Shown here piece by piece: positions 51,791 to 63,720 of a DNA stretch of 64,000 nucleotides. The DNA lies in the NCBI RefSeq assembly GCF_009834535.1, contig NC_045697.1:116066001-116130000 (forward strand). The letters are read 5' to 3'. The first letter of the stretch is position 1. The number at the start of each line of letters is the position of its first letter. Position numbers and translations under genes: made by a program. Under the pieces are notes generated by a model, which saw only the letters and a program-made list of their open reading frames with translations, was not told the origin of the DNA and searched no databases. This DNA comes from Camelus ferus. Its lineage: Eukaryota.

Positions 51791-54665
51791 GCCTTCCCGT
51801 AACTTTCTGCACCAAGGTGACCACTGCTCGGGTGACAGTTTTCATTACCACGTGTACAAACTATCCCCTAGACTGGGTTATTTTTACAGGTGGGTGACTA
51901 CTGGGAGTGGCTTCACTTTCTGAGTGAGAGTCCCCCTCGCCCACGCACGGCTCGGTTCCGGGAACTCCTGCGGACCCCTGGGCAGTGACCGCAGTATCCA
52001 GGTTCCTTGGGGGCAGGAACAATTCAGCGCCATATCAATGACACGAGCACGGCAGTGAGCCCTTGCGGGAGCAGCGCATCTCTACCCTCATCTCACCTCA
52101 GGCTCCTAGCTCCTCTGTGAGGATGACTCTGATGCGCTACTTAAAGCCTCCAAAATCTCTCTGTCCCAAATGCCTTTGTTTCACCCTCACCCAGCGGGTG
52201 GGCTCCCGCTGCCCGGTGCCCTCCTGGCCCCCCCCACCTGTGAGACTCAGGGCACAGGTCGGCAGGTTCCCTCCCGCTGCTCATCTGGGAGCAAGTCTGC
52301 GACAGAGGCCACGACTTCCCGCCGAACAACCAAGACCAAACACTTCCCTCAAACCAGCGACTTTGTGTATCCAGTTCCACGGCGACACGCCCGCCGCCGT
52401 GACTGCAACACACAAACGCTGCTGTGTTTCGCTCTTAATCACACTAGCGTGGCTGCCATGGCACAGCACGGGCTCAGGGGTGCACAGCTTCTTTCTCACT
52501 TCAGCATCTTTGAAATCAGGACCCATCGCACAGTCAGTGAAAAGGAAATACTAGGTCATTTAAAGTCAGGTGGACCGACCCGCAGGGTCTTGGATTAGTC
52601 AGCTCTGTCCAGATCATCAGATGGTCCGAGCACCCAACCGGGATGCCCCGACTTTGGAGCCCAAACTGCGAACACCGTCACCTGCCCCAACACACTTTGA
52701 TTTCCTCATTCTCCTACCATTAGTGGCTTTCTGATTATGACATACGTCTACAGCAGGAGGCCAAAGCTCTCAGACCCGACATGCAAAGGCCTCCCCCTCT
52801 CCCTCCAACCTGCCTTCCTCCAGCTGCCCTCCATCCCAGCCACGCTGGTCCCCTCACCGCTGTATGCAAACCCCTTCCACTCAGTGCTTGCCCTCATTCT
52901 GTATACCTGCCAAGAAGGCCCCCTTTTCCTTTTCCCTTCCACCCTGCTCGTCTCCCCTCCTCACCTGCGGCACAGCTCACGCCTGACTTCCCTCTCGGTG
53001 GACCACTCAAGGCACACGTGACATTCCCGCCGGGCACTCCTTCGCATTTCCCGTCCCTCCTGCTTCCCCTGCCTTTAAATATATGCTACTCCAACCAGAC
53101 ACACAAGTTTCAAATCATATTTTGAAATCACTTTTATAGGACTTGGATAAAACCCACAAGGAAATGTTCAAAATGCATCATTAATTTTCTCTTTTCAAAA
53201 GGCAAGTAAGTAGAACACGTAATTTCAAAACAAACAAAATTAAACTTAGGTGAAAAAAAGCACAACATTCACATTACTTTCTGTATTTTTTCATCCCCAC
53301 TACAGTCCATTTTTCCCAGTGGTTTGAGAACACTGTGGCACTCATCAGTGGGTTTCTGATATAAAAGCGTATTTCTTTTAATCCATATACTTTAATATCA
53401 ATATAGATCTACTTCTTACTAGCTACTGATTTAGTAGGTACTCAGTTTGACATGTTATTTCGCTGACACCGAAGGCACTTTTATTGAATGAAGACTGTAA
53501 TCTATATTCTCCTCTTCTGTTCAAAGACAGACCCTACATAGTCTTGCTCTGAGAAAAAACTGAGGCATTTAGGTTACCCACGGCTCTTTTTCTGGAGCAA
53601 AATGAACTTTTCCTGTAATATCACTACTGTCAACTTCTGTGATGTTTTCCCTTCAAAGACATTCCTTAAATCTTATTTACGTCAGGTTGTTATTTTTTTT
53701 TCAGGGAGGCATGACGAAAACAGGACAATAAAGGGCAGAGAAGTCTGGAAATACGCCAACTAAAGGAGCACGGTGAAAGGACGTCTGGGATAAAAGACAG
53801 CCGTGCAGCAGGGATGGGAAGCGGAAAGGAAAGCTGTCCCGGGCGTTCACATTTTCTCTAGCTAAGCTATTTAGAAGTTCACTTCTTTCTCTGTTGACAC
53901 TTTAATACTGACTTCTTGTATCTTAAACTTTTGCATAAACTTTAAGAAAAGCACAATGATATGACTATAGTAAACTTTATTAAAATCACCCTGTATTCTT
54001 TCTTTCCCATATTGGAATGGAATTCCAACACTAACTAAAGAAGCTCGTAAGTAAATAACTTTTCCCTCAATTTAAAAAATATTATATATAATACACTGAT
54101 CATGTTATATATTAATATATATTATATGGCAAACATTAAAACTATAAAACAGACAAAGGAGTTTGTGACAGAAGGTTCATAATAGTTACAATGTGTCTCT
54201 TAAGTAAGGTTGTCCTTAAATGTATCTTCTACGTATATTTGGGGGCAGCCGGGAGGGTGGGGAGGGAATCAAGAACAAATACTGCCAGACAAAATGCGAG
54301 GGTATAATATAAACAAGATTTCTATGAGGATATGTATCAAAGTGTTACCAATGGTTTTATCTGGACGGTATAATTGTGATTCTCTTTCTGTCCTTGTCTT
54401 CACTTGTTTTCTATTTTTTCTTTAAAGAACATAGGTATAGCTACATATTTTTTAAATAAAAAATTTTGCACAAAACTAAAAACAAAGTAATCACGGACAA
54501 ACCCCAGACCAAACTGCTCCCTAAATAGCCATCACACAAGACAAAATGAGCACCGAAAATCAGTTTGGCTATTCGAAGTGTATCTCTTATAAATAAGGTA
54601 ATAATTTTGAATTATTTTTATATTGAGGCCAGTGTTACCCCTAAAGTAGTATGCATGATTTTGAC

Positions 54666-54738
54666 TTTTTAAAAATATATTTTTATTAAAGTATAGTCAG
54701 TTTACAACGTTGTATCAATTTCTGGTGTACAGTACAAT
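54666..54738 (-). mobile_element. Very short L1 3'-end insertion
   Basis: Reverse complement of tgtacaccagaaattgatacaacgttgtaaactgactatac; TSD atgatttt(t)gac at 54655-54665 and 54739-54750. Confidence 0.8.
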
Positions 54739-56116
54739 ATGATTTTTGACATTCTGATTGTTTCCACAAGTGAAATTAATTTCAACAAGAAACAGAAGTC
54801 CTTATAGATTAATATAATAATGAAGGTATTATAAAGCATTCATGTCTTTCAGTTGCCATTTCAAATGAAGAAGAGGGTACTTTAAAGAAAACAAATAAGT
54901 GTGAGGTTAATTAGCCATAAAGAAAAAGTGAACTCCATCCTTTACAGCCTCAGTCGCTGGAAACCTGGAAGTGAACTGGACCCATCACCAACTTCCGCCA
55001 ACCTTGCCCCCCACTCCCACCTCTACCCCAGCCTCTGCGGCCCAGTGACTACAGACTCCTTTCCAGTCCTTCCTGACAACTCTAAGCACTCCTCTCCACT
55101 AATCTTAAAGGTACTGTGCACGTCCCAGTTCCACAATGCTCAGAAAAACTACATGCCATGACACTCCCACTTACCTCCAAATTTTTCTTGATTACTGAGG
55201 AAAATAAAAAAGAGAGTTTTCATGTATTAAAAATACTTAAAGGGCAAAAATGTCAGGATGAACTCATGCTTTTTTTCAGAGGAGAATAGAGACCATCAAA
55301 AGATTACAATTCTACACATTTTTTATAGCATGTTTCACTGTCTTCTGCTACGAGAGGCGTGACACTGCGCACAGTGAGATGCTGATCTGTGGAAATAACC
55401 TATAAGAGGCCCTCATTGTAACCTGCACTTTTAAGATGTCTAAAACAGAGCAGTCAGAAAATCAAATGTTTGTCACAAGAGATCACACACATTTACTGAT
55501 ACCCCTGAAAATTAGCCTTTATCGATAAACTACAGAATTCTGGCGTTTTCTACCGACTCAATTGGAAACGAGATTGTGGATTAATCATATTTACACAAGC
55601 CCACACACACGCATGAAACATGTGCGTCTATGCGGGTGGGGGGTGGTATATTTCATGTTATAATCAAACCAAATCAATAGGATAAACCAGTAACGTACTT
55701 CTCTGGAGCTCACGAAAGAAGAACTCATACCTTAGTCATTCAAAGGTGTTTTTTGGATTGTTGCTTTATTGATGAAAAAATTGCAGAGTTAATCCATATC
55801 TGAAATGTCCCTGAGAACAGCGTTTATAATGAACATGCAGGGTGACTTGCAAAGAGGATCTGGTGCCCTGATGTGAAATCAGGAGAGCTGAAGCATGTGC
55901 GGGGTATTTGTACAACGACTTGAAGAACAAAAGAAAGACAGGTGGGGGCTGACTGACAAGTTATGCAGATACGGCGCATCACAGACTGCAATGAAACAAG
56001 GTCAATCATTATACAGCATATACACGCTGTGCATTTACACATATATAGAGAGAGAGATGTGCAGATGTGTATGGGGGGGAGGGCATACAGCGTAACTAAT
56101 ATAAAAGGCCTGGGCT

Positions 56117-56441
56117 CAAATACAGCAGATGAACAACACAGAGCATCATGTCATCTACATATAGTGACACTTTTACACAACATTGTAAAATGACTATAAC
56201 TCAATAAAAAAAGTTTAAAAAATAAAAATAAATAAATACAAAATAAAAATAAAATACATGAACAACGAGGTCCTTCTGTATAGCACAGGTAGCTAGAGTC
56301 AGTATCTTCTAGTAATCTACTACGGAAAAGAATCTGCAAGGGAATATGTGTATGTACGTGGATGACTGAGACACGATGCTGTAAACCAGAAATTAATGCA
56401 ACACTGTAAACTGACTATACGTCAATTAAAAAAAAAGAAAG
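56117..56441 (+). mobile_element. Nested L1 3'-end insertions
   Basis: Outer TSD aaaggcctgggct (56104-56116, 56442-56454); inner TSD atgaacaac (56129-56137, 56258-56266). Confidence 0.85.
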
Positions 56442-56955
56442 AAAGGCCTGGGCTAGAGGTTGAGTCAATAAGAAGAAATGGCAGAGGCTGATAACTGACC
56501 AGTTCTATGTGCCAAGGGTGTTTCTAAGCCAACAGGAAAGAAAGGCAAGGCAGGGACCCAGGGCTTGAGGCGACCCCATGTGTGGTCCACCGCACAGAGG
56601 GACACACTGCTTTTGGGAGTGTGCTCTGTGCCATCCTTTCTTTATGTGCTTTAGAGTATAAATGTGCATTTATGGTCTGTTGTGTGGTTTTGTACAAGCT
56701 TCTTATCTAGAGTCCTGAAAACAGACACTATTATTTAACTCACTCTGTGTAACACCTGAGGACAGTACTAAGCACACTGGCATGTCAATGCTGTGAATGG
56801 AAATAATCACAAACGTATGTCAGGTCTTCAAAAATGAAGACCATTTCTTAATGATGAAGACAAATAAGGAGGTCCAAGAAAGCAAAGATCTCAGGACAAG
56901 GAAATTAACAGAGCCCCCCCCCCGCCCCGAGGACATTTACTAAATGTCATTTAAA

Positions 56956-57007
<52 letters not shown>

Positions 57008-57034
57008 AATGCTCTCTCTCTCTCTCTCTCTCTC
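56956..57034. repeat. Compound (TC)n(AC)n...(CT)n microsatellite
   Basis: Read directly from the sequence. Confidence 0.95.
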
Positions 57035-58701
57035 ATATATGGGTATATCTCTAGGTACATCCAGACACTCGTTTGCTTTTGATTTTAAAATCTATTTTTT
57101 TAAAGGTTACAACTAAATCATCCAAATAAAACATATGGATAATGATAACATGGTCATTTGATTCAACTAGGAAAGGTTTTCAAAAGTTTAGAAGAAAGAG
57201 ACTGCTACGGACATGGCAGTAACATGTAACTTTTTTTTAAAACCAGGCACCTAAAGTAAGCATGAAAAAGCACTTCATTAAGTTCTGAAATTAAATAAAA
57301 ACAATTTTATATGATTATTAGCACAGGAAAAAGAGGAAAACCACACCATCGCTCTTGGCAGGATTCTTAAACAGATCACCTGAATAAAATATTTAAGAGT
57401 GTGGTCAGGCCTAAAATCAAGGAAATGGACAGAGAAATTCCAGGTTATATTTCAGGGATAATTATAGCTACATGCATTTACAGAGCATTTATTTTGGTTT
57501 AAATTAAGTATCAATATTTCAAACATTTAAAGTGTGATGTCTTAAATGAGAAATAAAAACTGTAATTTTAATCATAGTATGATTAAATAGTTAAAGGAGA
57601 AGAAATAATTGATATCCTAATATGACGCATTTGAGTGTTTTTTAAATTGATCATTCTCTTTTCCACTAATCTTAGTTGATTTTATTTGTATGCAGTCTAT
57701 ATTTAAGTGAATTACTAAGCAATATTTAAAAGCAAGGCTGGGAAGTGTGCTTGGTTTTTTGACTAAAAGTCAAGATTTTTCTTTAAATGTCCTACAACAA
57801 GATAGAGCTTTTTTCAGTCTTATAAGTAGTGTGTGCAATGCATCAGCAAGTTTCTAAAATATACTTCTTTACTTCTAACAGGGTAAAAAAGATCTATTAT
57901 TTGTTGCCAGGGTTTCTTGGCCCAAATCCAAGGCAAGGTGACCTTGCCCTTGAATAAAACAATAGGAAACTGCTTCCTCTCCGGCCTCTGTTCGCCAGCA
58001 CAGTGGAAAACCTCCCCCAGAGGTAAGTTTATTTCATCTCAGGAAACGTATCTGTCATAATAGACACAATAAAGATCAGATAAAGAAAAGGTGGAGTCTT
58101 AACTCAAAAGAGGCATAACCTAACAGCTATAAATAATCCTGGCACTATTTCCTCCACTGCTCAGGAAAATGCATCAATCAAATTATATTAAAAAGACACT
58201 CTACCCAGTGTTTACAGACAAGGTCAGACTGCCATGCTAGGATAGAAGCAATTCTTTTTAAATTGAGATTTCTTAACTCTTTTCTGGTTAAAGACAGGAA
58301 GGCGGGGTGAGAGGAGAAAGAGGAGGTTACACTCCTGGGCTGCGTCTTCAAATTAGAGCCATTAATTAATTTGTCAGGGATCCTAACACCGTCCCCGCTG
58401 TCGCCTGTAGGAACCTAATCCCCGGGCATCACCCATTCCAACAGCAACGATCTCAGTGCGTCCTCATCATTTAATTTCACGTCTCCTCCACGTCTCCCTG
58501 GCTTGGACCCTCCCTTACTATCCTCCCAACCTGGAAAAGCCTTCTCTCCATTGTGCTCTTAACAGCCGATGGACAGTTCTGAATTCCACGCATAGCGAGG
58601 GAGCAGGCGCGTTCACTCGATTCGGTGTCTCATCAGACCACGAAGACCAAACCAACCTCCAGAACCAATTAGAAGAATTAACAACATTAAGAATTATGTC
58701 T

Positions 58702-59088
58702 TGGCCAAGGTGGTGGAGTAGACAGACTCACAGCTCACCCTCTCCCACAAATACACCAAGAATTACATCTACAAACCCACTGTATCATACGGAATGCCTA
58801 CTGAACTCTGGCAATGTCTCTCGCTTCAAAATACAGGAGGATTCTCACCAAATCCGGTAAAACAAGTTCATCCTGTATAGCACGGGGAACTATATTTAAT
58901 ACCTTGTAGTAACTTATGGCGAAAAAGAATATGAAAACGAATATATGTATGTTTCTATATGACTGAGACATGATGCTGTACACCAGAAATTGACACAACA
59001 TTGTCAACGGACTATACTTCAATAAAAATATAAGTATATAAAAAATGCATCACCTTTTAAGGTGATTTTATATAATTCATTAAAAAAG
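58702..59088 (+). mobile_element. Bipartite L1-derived element (5'-UTR-like head fused to 3' UTR tail)
   Basis: 58860-59030 matches the other L1 tails in the window; 58702-58859 resembles the start of an L1 5' UTR; flanking 13-bp near-TSD. Confidence 0.7.
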
Positions 59089-59934
59089 AAGAATTACATC
59101 TGAAGTGCCACTAAATCATTACTCAGAGGAGGCAGAGGTAAACATGAAGAGACAGGAAGCCAATGAGCAAAAGTTGAGCAGAAGGCACTGCAGGCTGGGG
59201 GGTGGGAGGAGAGGGAGCCCCGGGTGCTTGGAATCAGAGCATCAGAGTGGCTCATCCTGACTGGAAAAGGCACAGCCTGGGGAAAACAGGCTCCCGAGCG
59301 AGAAACGGTGGACGGCAGAGGGTCTCCGTGACCAGCAGGGATGGAGACTTACAGTTCAAGTGATGAAACTGGTACCCGTGGCCCCAGATGAGCCATGGCC
59401 AGTCCGGACCTCAGAAGTGCTCAGACTCCACTGAAGCAGAAAGGGAGGCACGAAACAGCAAGGCCTGGGGCTTCCAGCGACACGAGTGGCCAGCTCAGGC
59501 CAGCAGACGTCACAAGTGGTGCCGAGGAAGTTGAGGGTCAAGCTCACGTGGGAAGAGGTAAAAATGGAAGGTACGGTGGAGCCAAAGACAAGACAGCAGG
59601 AGGGAGAAGGAACCCCCTGCAGGGCATCGAGCCCTGATCCCCCAATTCAGGTCTCAGGGTAACACCGCAGAGGACAGGAGCTTTATAAAACGATTCTTAT
59701 AAAAGTTTTACAAAATAATTTTTATCATGATACTGTTGTTCTTTCCTATAAAGGACTTAGAACGCCACGCACACCCAGAAATACAAGACTAGCAGGAGAA
59801 AGGCACTTTTCACGTTGTGTATTCCAGCAGTCAGCATCAGCTCTGATAGCGCTACAACCTACACGCCTAATTTAGACTAAATCTGGCCACATAAGGAGAA
59901 GCTGTATTAGGCTGGTGGTTAGAGCAGGGCTATG

Positions 59935-60066
59935 CGGAGGGGGGCTGGTATAGCTCAGTGCTCAGCATGTGTGAGGTCCTGGGTTCAATTCCTGGCACCT
60001 CCACTTAAAAAACTAACTAAATAAACTTAATTACCATGTCCCTGAATGTTTGTTTTTTTTTTTTAA
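59935..60066 (+). mobile_element. tRNA-derived SINE (vic-1-like, internally deleted) inserted in a MIR
   Basis: 12-bp TSD agcagggctatg at 59923-59934 and 60067-60078; flanks rejoin into a MIR-like sequence. Confidence 0.85.
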
Positions 60067-63000
60067 AGCAGGGCTATGAAATCAGACATGCCTAGGTTCC
60101 AATGACGACTCCACCATCACTAGTCTACGGAAAGAAGTATTTTTTAATCACGCTAAGCCTTATTCCATCAGCTCTAAAAAGGTGGCAGTAAACCTCTCTT
60201 TAGAGGGCTGCTGTAATAATTCAGTCACACAATACGCAGTATCGCTGCTGCTGTATAGTAAGTGCTCAATACACGAGACCTGATGCCATTCAGGCCCCGC
60301 ATTTAAGTAGGCGTTTTCTTATGCCCATCACTTTCTAAAATGTTTAATCATGACTGAGGTCTTATTTATTACAATAAGTACAGGATACTACATGCATCAA
60401 TAATTTCTATTAAAAAATGTGCAACTGGAAAATAGATGACCAGTTTGATAGTATCAAGTTGATTTACCTTAAGTGATTCATTCAAAAATTGTACAAAGTT
60501 TCTCGGGCACCCTACATCACGTGATTTTCAAAAGCAGGCTTCAGGAACACTCTTGCAGTTAGTTAACAGAAGAGCGGGGGCGGTGGACCAAGGGAGGGGC
60601 GCATAGAACACAGAATGGTTGGTAAGTGGAGGGGGCACCACTGATGTCACCTCCAGGTTTTCCCCAACTTACTAAATAAGCTTGTGAAACTTTTTTCCCG
60701 TAACATCTATTCACAGTGTACACAACTAGTGTCCCATGGTAGTCTTCCTGGAAAACGCAGTTTTATACATTTTAAAAAATGTTAATCATCTCCTTTTATT
60801 TTCAAAATCCACAAAATGACAAGGCTGCTCTGAAGAACAACCAGAAGCACTAGGTGGGCGGTAAGCACAGAGCCCAGTGTTGGGGGCGTCCTGGGGACGC
60901 GCGGGTAGTGGCCTCAGCGCTGGCAACTGGACCCAGGGCAGGGAGCGGAGGAGAGGTGATAAAATATGTGAAAGGTGCCAGTTTACTGGGTTAAATGGGA
61001 CTTCGTTAGTCCCCAAATCCATTAAAATGAGAAATTCAACGCTATTTCTCATACATCTGTTACATGCCAGCAGCGGGGACAATGCACAGAAGAAATTCTC
61101 GACAGGAAAAGACTACAAGCCCATAAAATCTGAGTCTCACCAAGCAGAACAACTGGGTCCACCCCTTGTGCCCAACCATCGCTTTAAAAAAAGCCCCCAA
61201 TTTAACGTGTCTGCTTTTCAGTATCTCACTCCCTCCTAAAGTCAAAGCAGCAAAGCCACGTGAAAAGCCACCAACTTTTCAAAGAAGCAAAAATGGAAGT
61301 ACCTGTGAAATTACTAAATATTATTCATTTAAAATTAGCTCTGACATTACCCTCAAAAAACCTCACAGGTCAACAGAGGGGTGTTCCACGCATCTTTGCT
61401 CAAAAACTATTTACTGAGTTCCCCATTAGGCGCAAGCCAGCGTAACAATTCACCCATTCAGGTCCTCGTATATAATTAAAATCCTGGGGGCTCGCTCGAT
61501 AAAACAGCGAAGTCTGGATAAGCAAAGGGCTCCTCAGCAAGGACCTCACAGCAAGACCCTAAGAGCATCACCCCACAACTCGGCCCCCCAGGACGCTCCA
61601 TGAATGCCCAGCTCTGGTCCTTCAACATGAAGCCAAAGTACCCCAGTGGGTGCCTGACGTGGCTTCTAGACACGGCTTGCTTCAAAGCTGTTTCATGGCC
61701 AGTGTTTCTTCCGTCATAGCATCGCCCTGGACTTCAGTAACACATAAAGCGTTTGTCAGGAAACAAGCAGGTTTTCGGAATAGGTGTCCTGGCCCACTAT
61801 GCACTCTCTTTCTGTCCTGACGGCTCATTCTCACAAATCCAGTGTTACATTCTCCTCCCCCACCAATAAACACTTCTAACAGTTTTCTTTGCTCATTAAA
61901 ATTGTATTATTATTAATTTAAATAACCCTGCCCTCCATTTTGGGAAAGGATATATGAAAAGGGCAAACAAGGAGCCCGTGATCTGAACTTGGCTTCTGAG
62001 GTTCCCCACGTGTAGTTTAAGTAATGGTCTCGCTCGTACCCGGAAAAATCATGAGTACAGTCGAGTGTCACGCCAACGGCCCTGTTAATAAAACCTGACC
62101 ACAGAGGAGCCTCTCCATAACAGCCTTTCTCAGCAGTGAAGTTAGGTGTGAGGCCTGTCTTCTTTTCGGATCTGATCTGAAGGTACCACCAGCATTGCAT
62201 GGTGAGGGGGCTGGGCGCTCAGCACAGCGTCAGGACACGCTCCCAGCACAGCCGCTGCCTCAGGACCAACCTGAGGTTCATGGGAAATGCGGGGCGACGC
62301 CTTCAGAGTCATTTCGTCTCGGAAGACCTCGTGGCTTTAGTTAGTAATTCTGTTTATAATGATGAACAAAACCAAACTGTCCATCAACCTGGGCATCTAA
62401 GCATTCTAACTCATGGCCTTCTGTCTATGAATTTTCAGTTTATCTCCATTTGCAAAGTTTAACATCTCAACCTTCCTAGAACACACGAAAGATCATTCCA
62501 ACACCCTAGTACAACACTTGCACCCTAAGATGACACCCTAATGCAATAGTGATGCCAGGATGCAAAAACGGACATTTTAAAAATGCTTAGACTAGCTGCA
62601 TCTAAGCTGCCTAAATGTATCTATGCATTTTCATTTGGGGGATTTAAATATATATATTTAAAACACATGAATTAGTGTGACGGCAGAAAACTTCCAATGT
62701 GATATAAAAGCAGCCTGTGAGAACTCACATCCCTGAAACAGGAGGCTCGGATTAGGTGTGAGCCACAGAAAAGTGCTTGTCACAAGCAGCAGTAGCTGCC
62801 TCGGGGATGTGAGCATGACAAACGCACGGCAGACTCGTGGGATCAATTAGAAAGAAGCAATACTTGGGGCATTAAAAAAAAAACCGTGTCTTCATCAGCG
62901 ATTAATCCACGTTCAGAAGTCCACGAGTCCCACAGATGGTCATTACCAAATCAATAACCAAACCCTCCCTCCGTCCGCAAACCCACATGTGAATCCCTTA

Positions 63001-63383
63001 CTACACACGCCCGTTCCCAACAACCTTTTCACGCTCGCTCATTCAGTTCGACTAACAAAATATTTTTAAGAAACTATTCAAGTGTTAAGTGAAAGCCGAA
63101 CTGTCCAGCTTTAATTTCTGATTATCAAAAGCAGCTGCCCGATATTCCCCAGCGCCCGCGATCTTGCTTTACGTGAACTATTGGTCGCATTTAAATTTTT
63201 TCTTTTTTAAAACCACAGCAACATTGGAAGGACGAGCTCGCTGTAACTTACCCTCCCTCCTCCAAGCAGACTAGCCTAGCCTCTAAAAGCCCTGTCTTCC
63301 CTGCAGAGACAGCGATGATTCCCATTTTAAAGCAGTTCTCTATGACGTGCCGTGGAAACACAAGCAGTACCCGCACTACTTAC

Positions 63384-63443
63384 TGAGTGTTTCTCCTGCT
63401 GGCCCGTAACTCCATGGTTAGCTGGGGTTGCTAGTGGTTTCAT
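63384..63443 (-). CDS. RAPGEF2: RAPGEF2 first coding exon (short isoform): MKPLATPANHGVTGQQEKHS
   Basis: ATG at 63443-63441, 60 nt, donor TCA|GTAAGT in phase 0. Matches the recalled human start MKPLAIPANHGVMGQQEKHS. Too short to appear in the ORF track. Confidence 0.93.
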
Positions 63444-63720
63444 AATGCAGAAACGCACGCTGAACTGAGTCTGCACATCGTGTGCCAGTCTCTCGTGGAT
63501 GGCAAGTCACCCTTTACGGCATTAAATTAAGAGAAAAGAGAAAAAGAAAGAGAGGAGAGAAAAAAAAAGACGGAGGAGGAGAGCAGGCTGCAGCTCCAAG
63601 TGTCACTACTGGTGAGCTCAAAACCCACACACTTGTGGACCAGAAAAGGCAACCGAACGACCCTGCCCGGCCCCATTTCTATAACGCTGAAACTCTATCC
63701 ATCTTAGGCTACGACAAGAC
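63444..63720 (-). promoter_or_regulatory. Probable 5' UTR / proximal promoter of the short RAPGEF2 isoform
   Basis: Directly upstream of the first ATG; locally raised CpG; long pyrimidine tract on the transcript strand (~63531-63582). The TSS cannot be located from sequence. Confidence 0.45.

Larger units (their letters stand above)
2172..63443 (-). other. RAPGEF2: RAPGEF2 gene span (5' coding part, 11 exons; continues past the left edge of the window)
   Basis: Spliced exons give a continuous 550-aa frame matching the RAPGEF2 N-terminal part as recalled (cNMP-binding, REM, PDZ domains). All introns are GT-AG and phases agree. Confidence 0.98.

Noticed and set aside
52063..52598. Overlapping 142-163 aa ORFs in a GC-rich patch
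   Set aside because: Open in several frames on both strands with no recognisable domain or splice structure; explained by local GC content.
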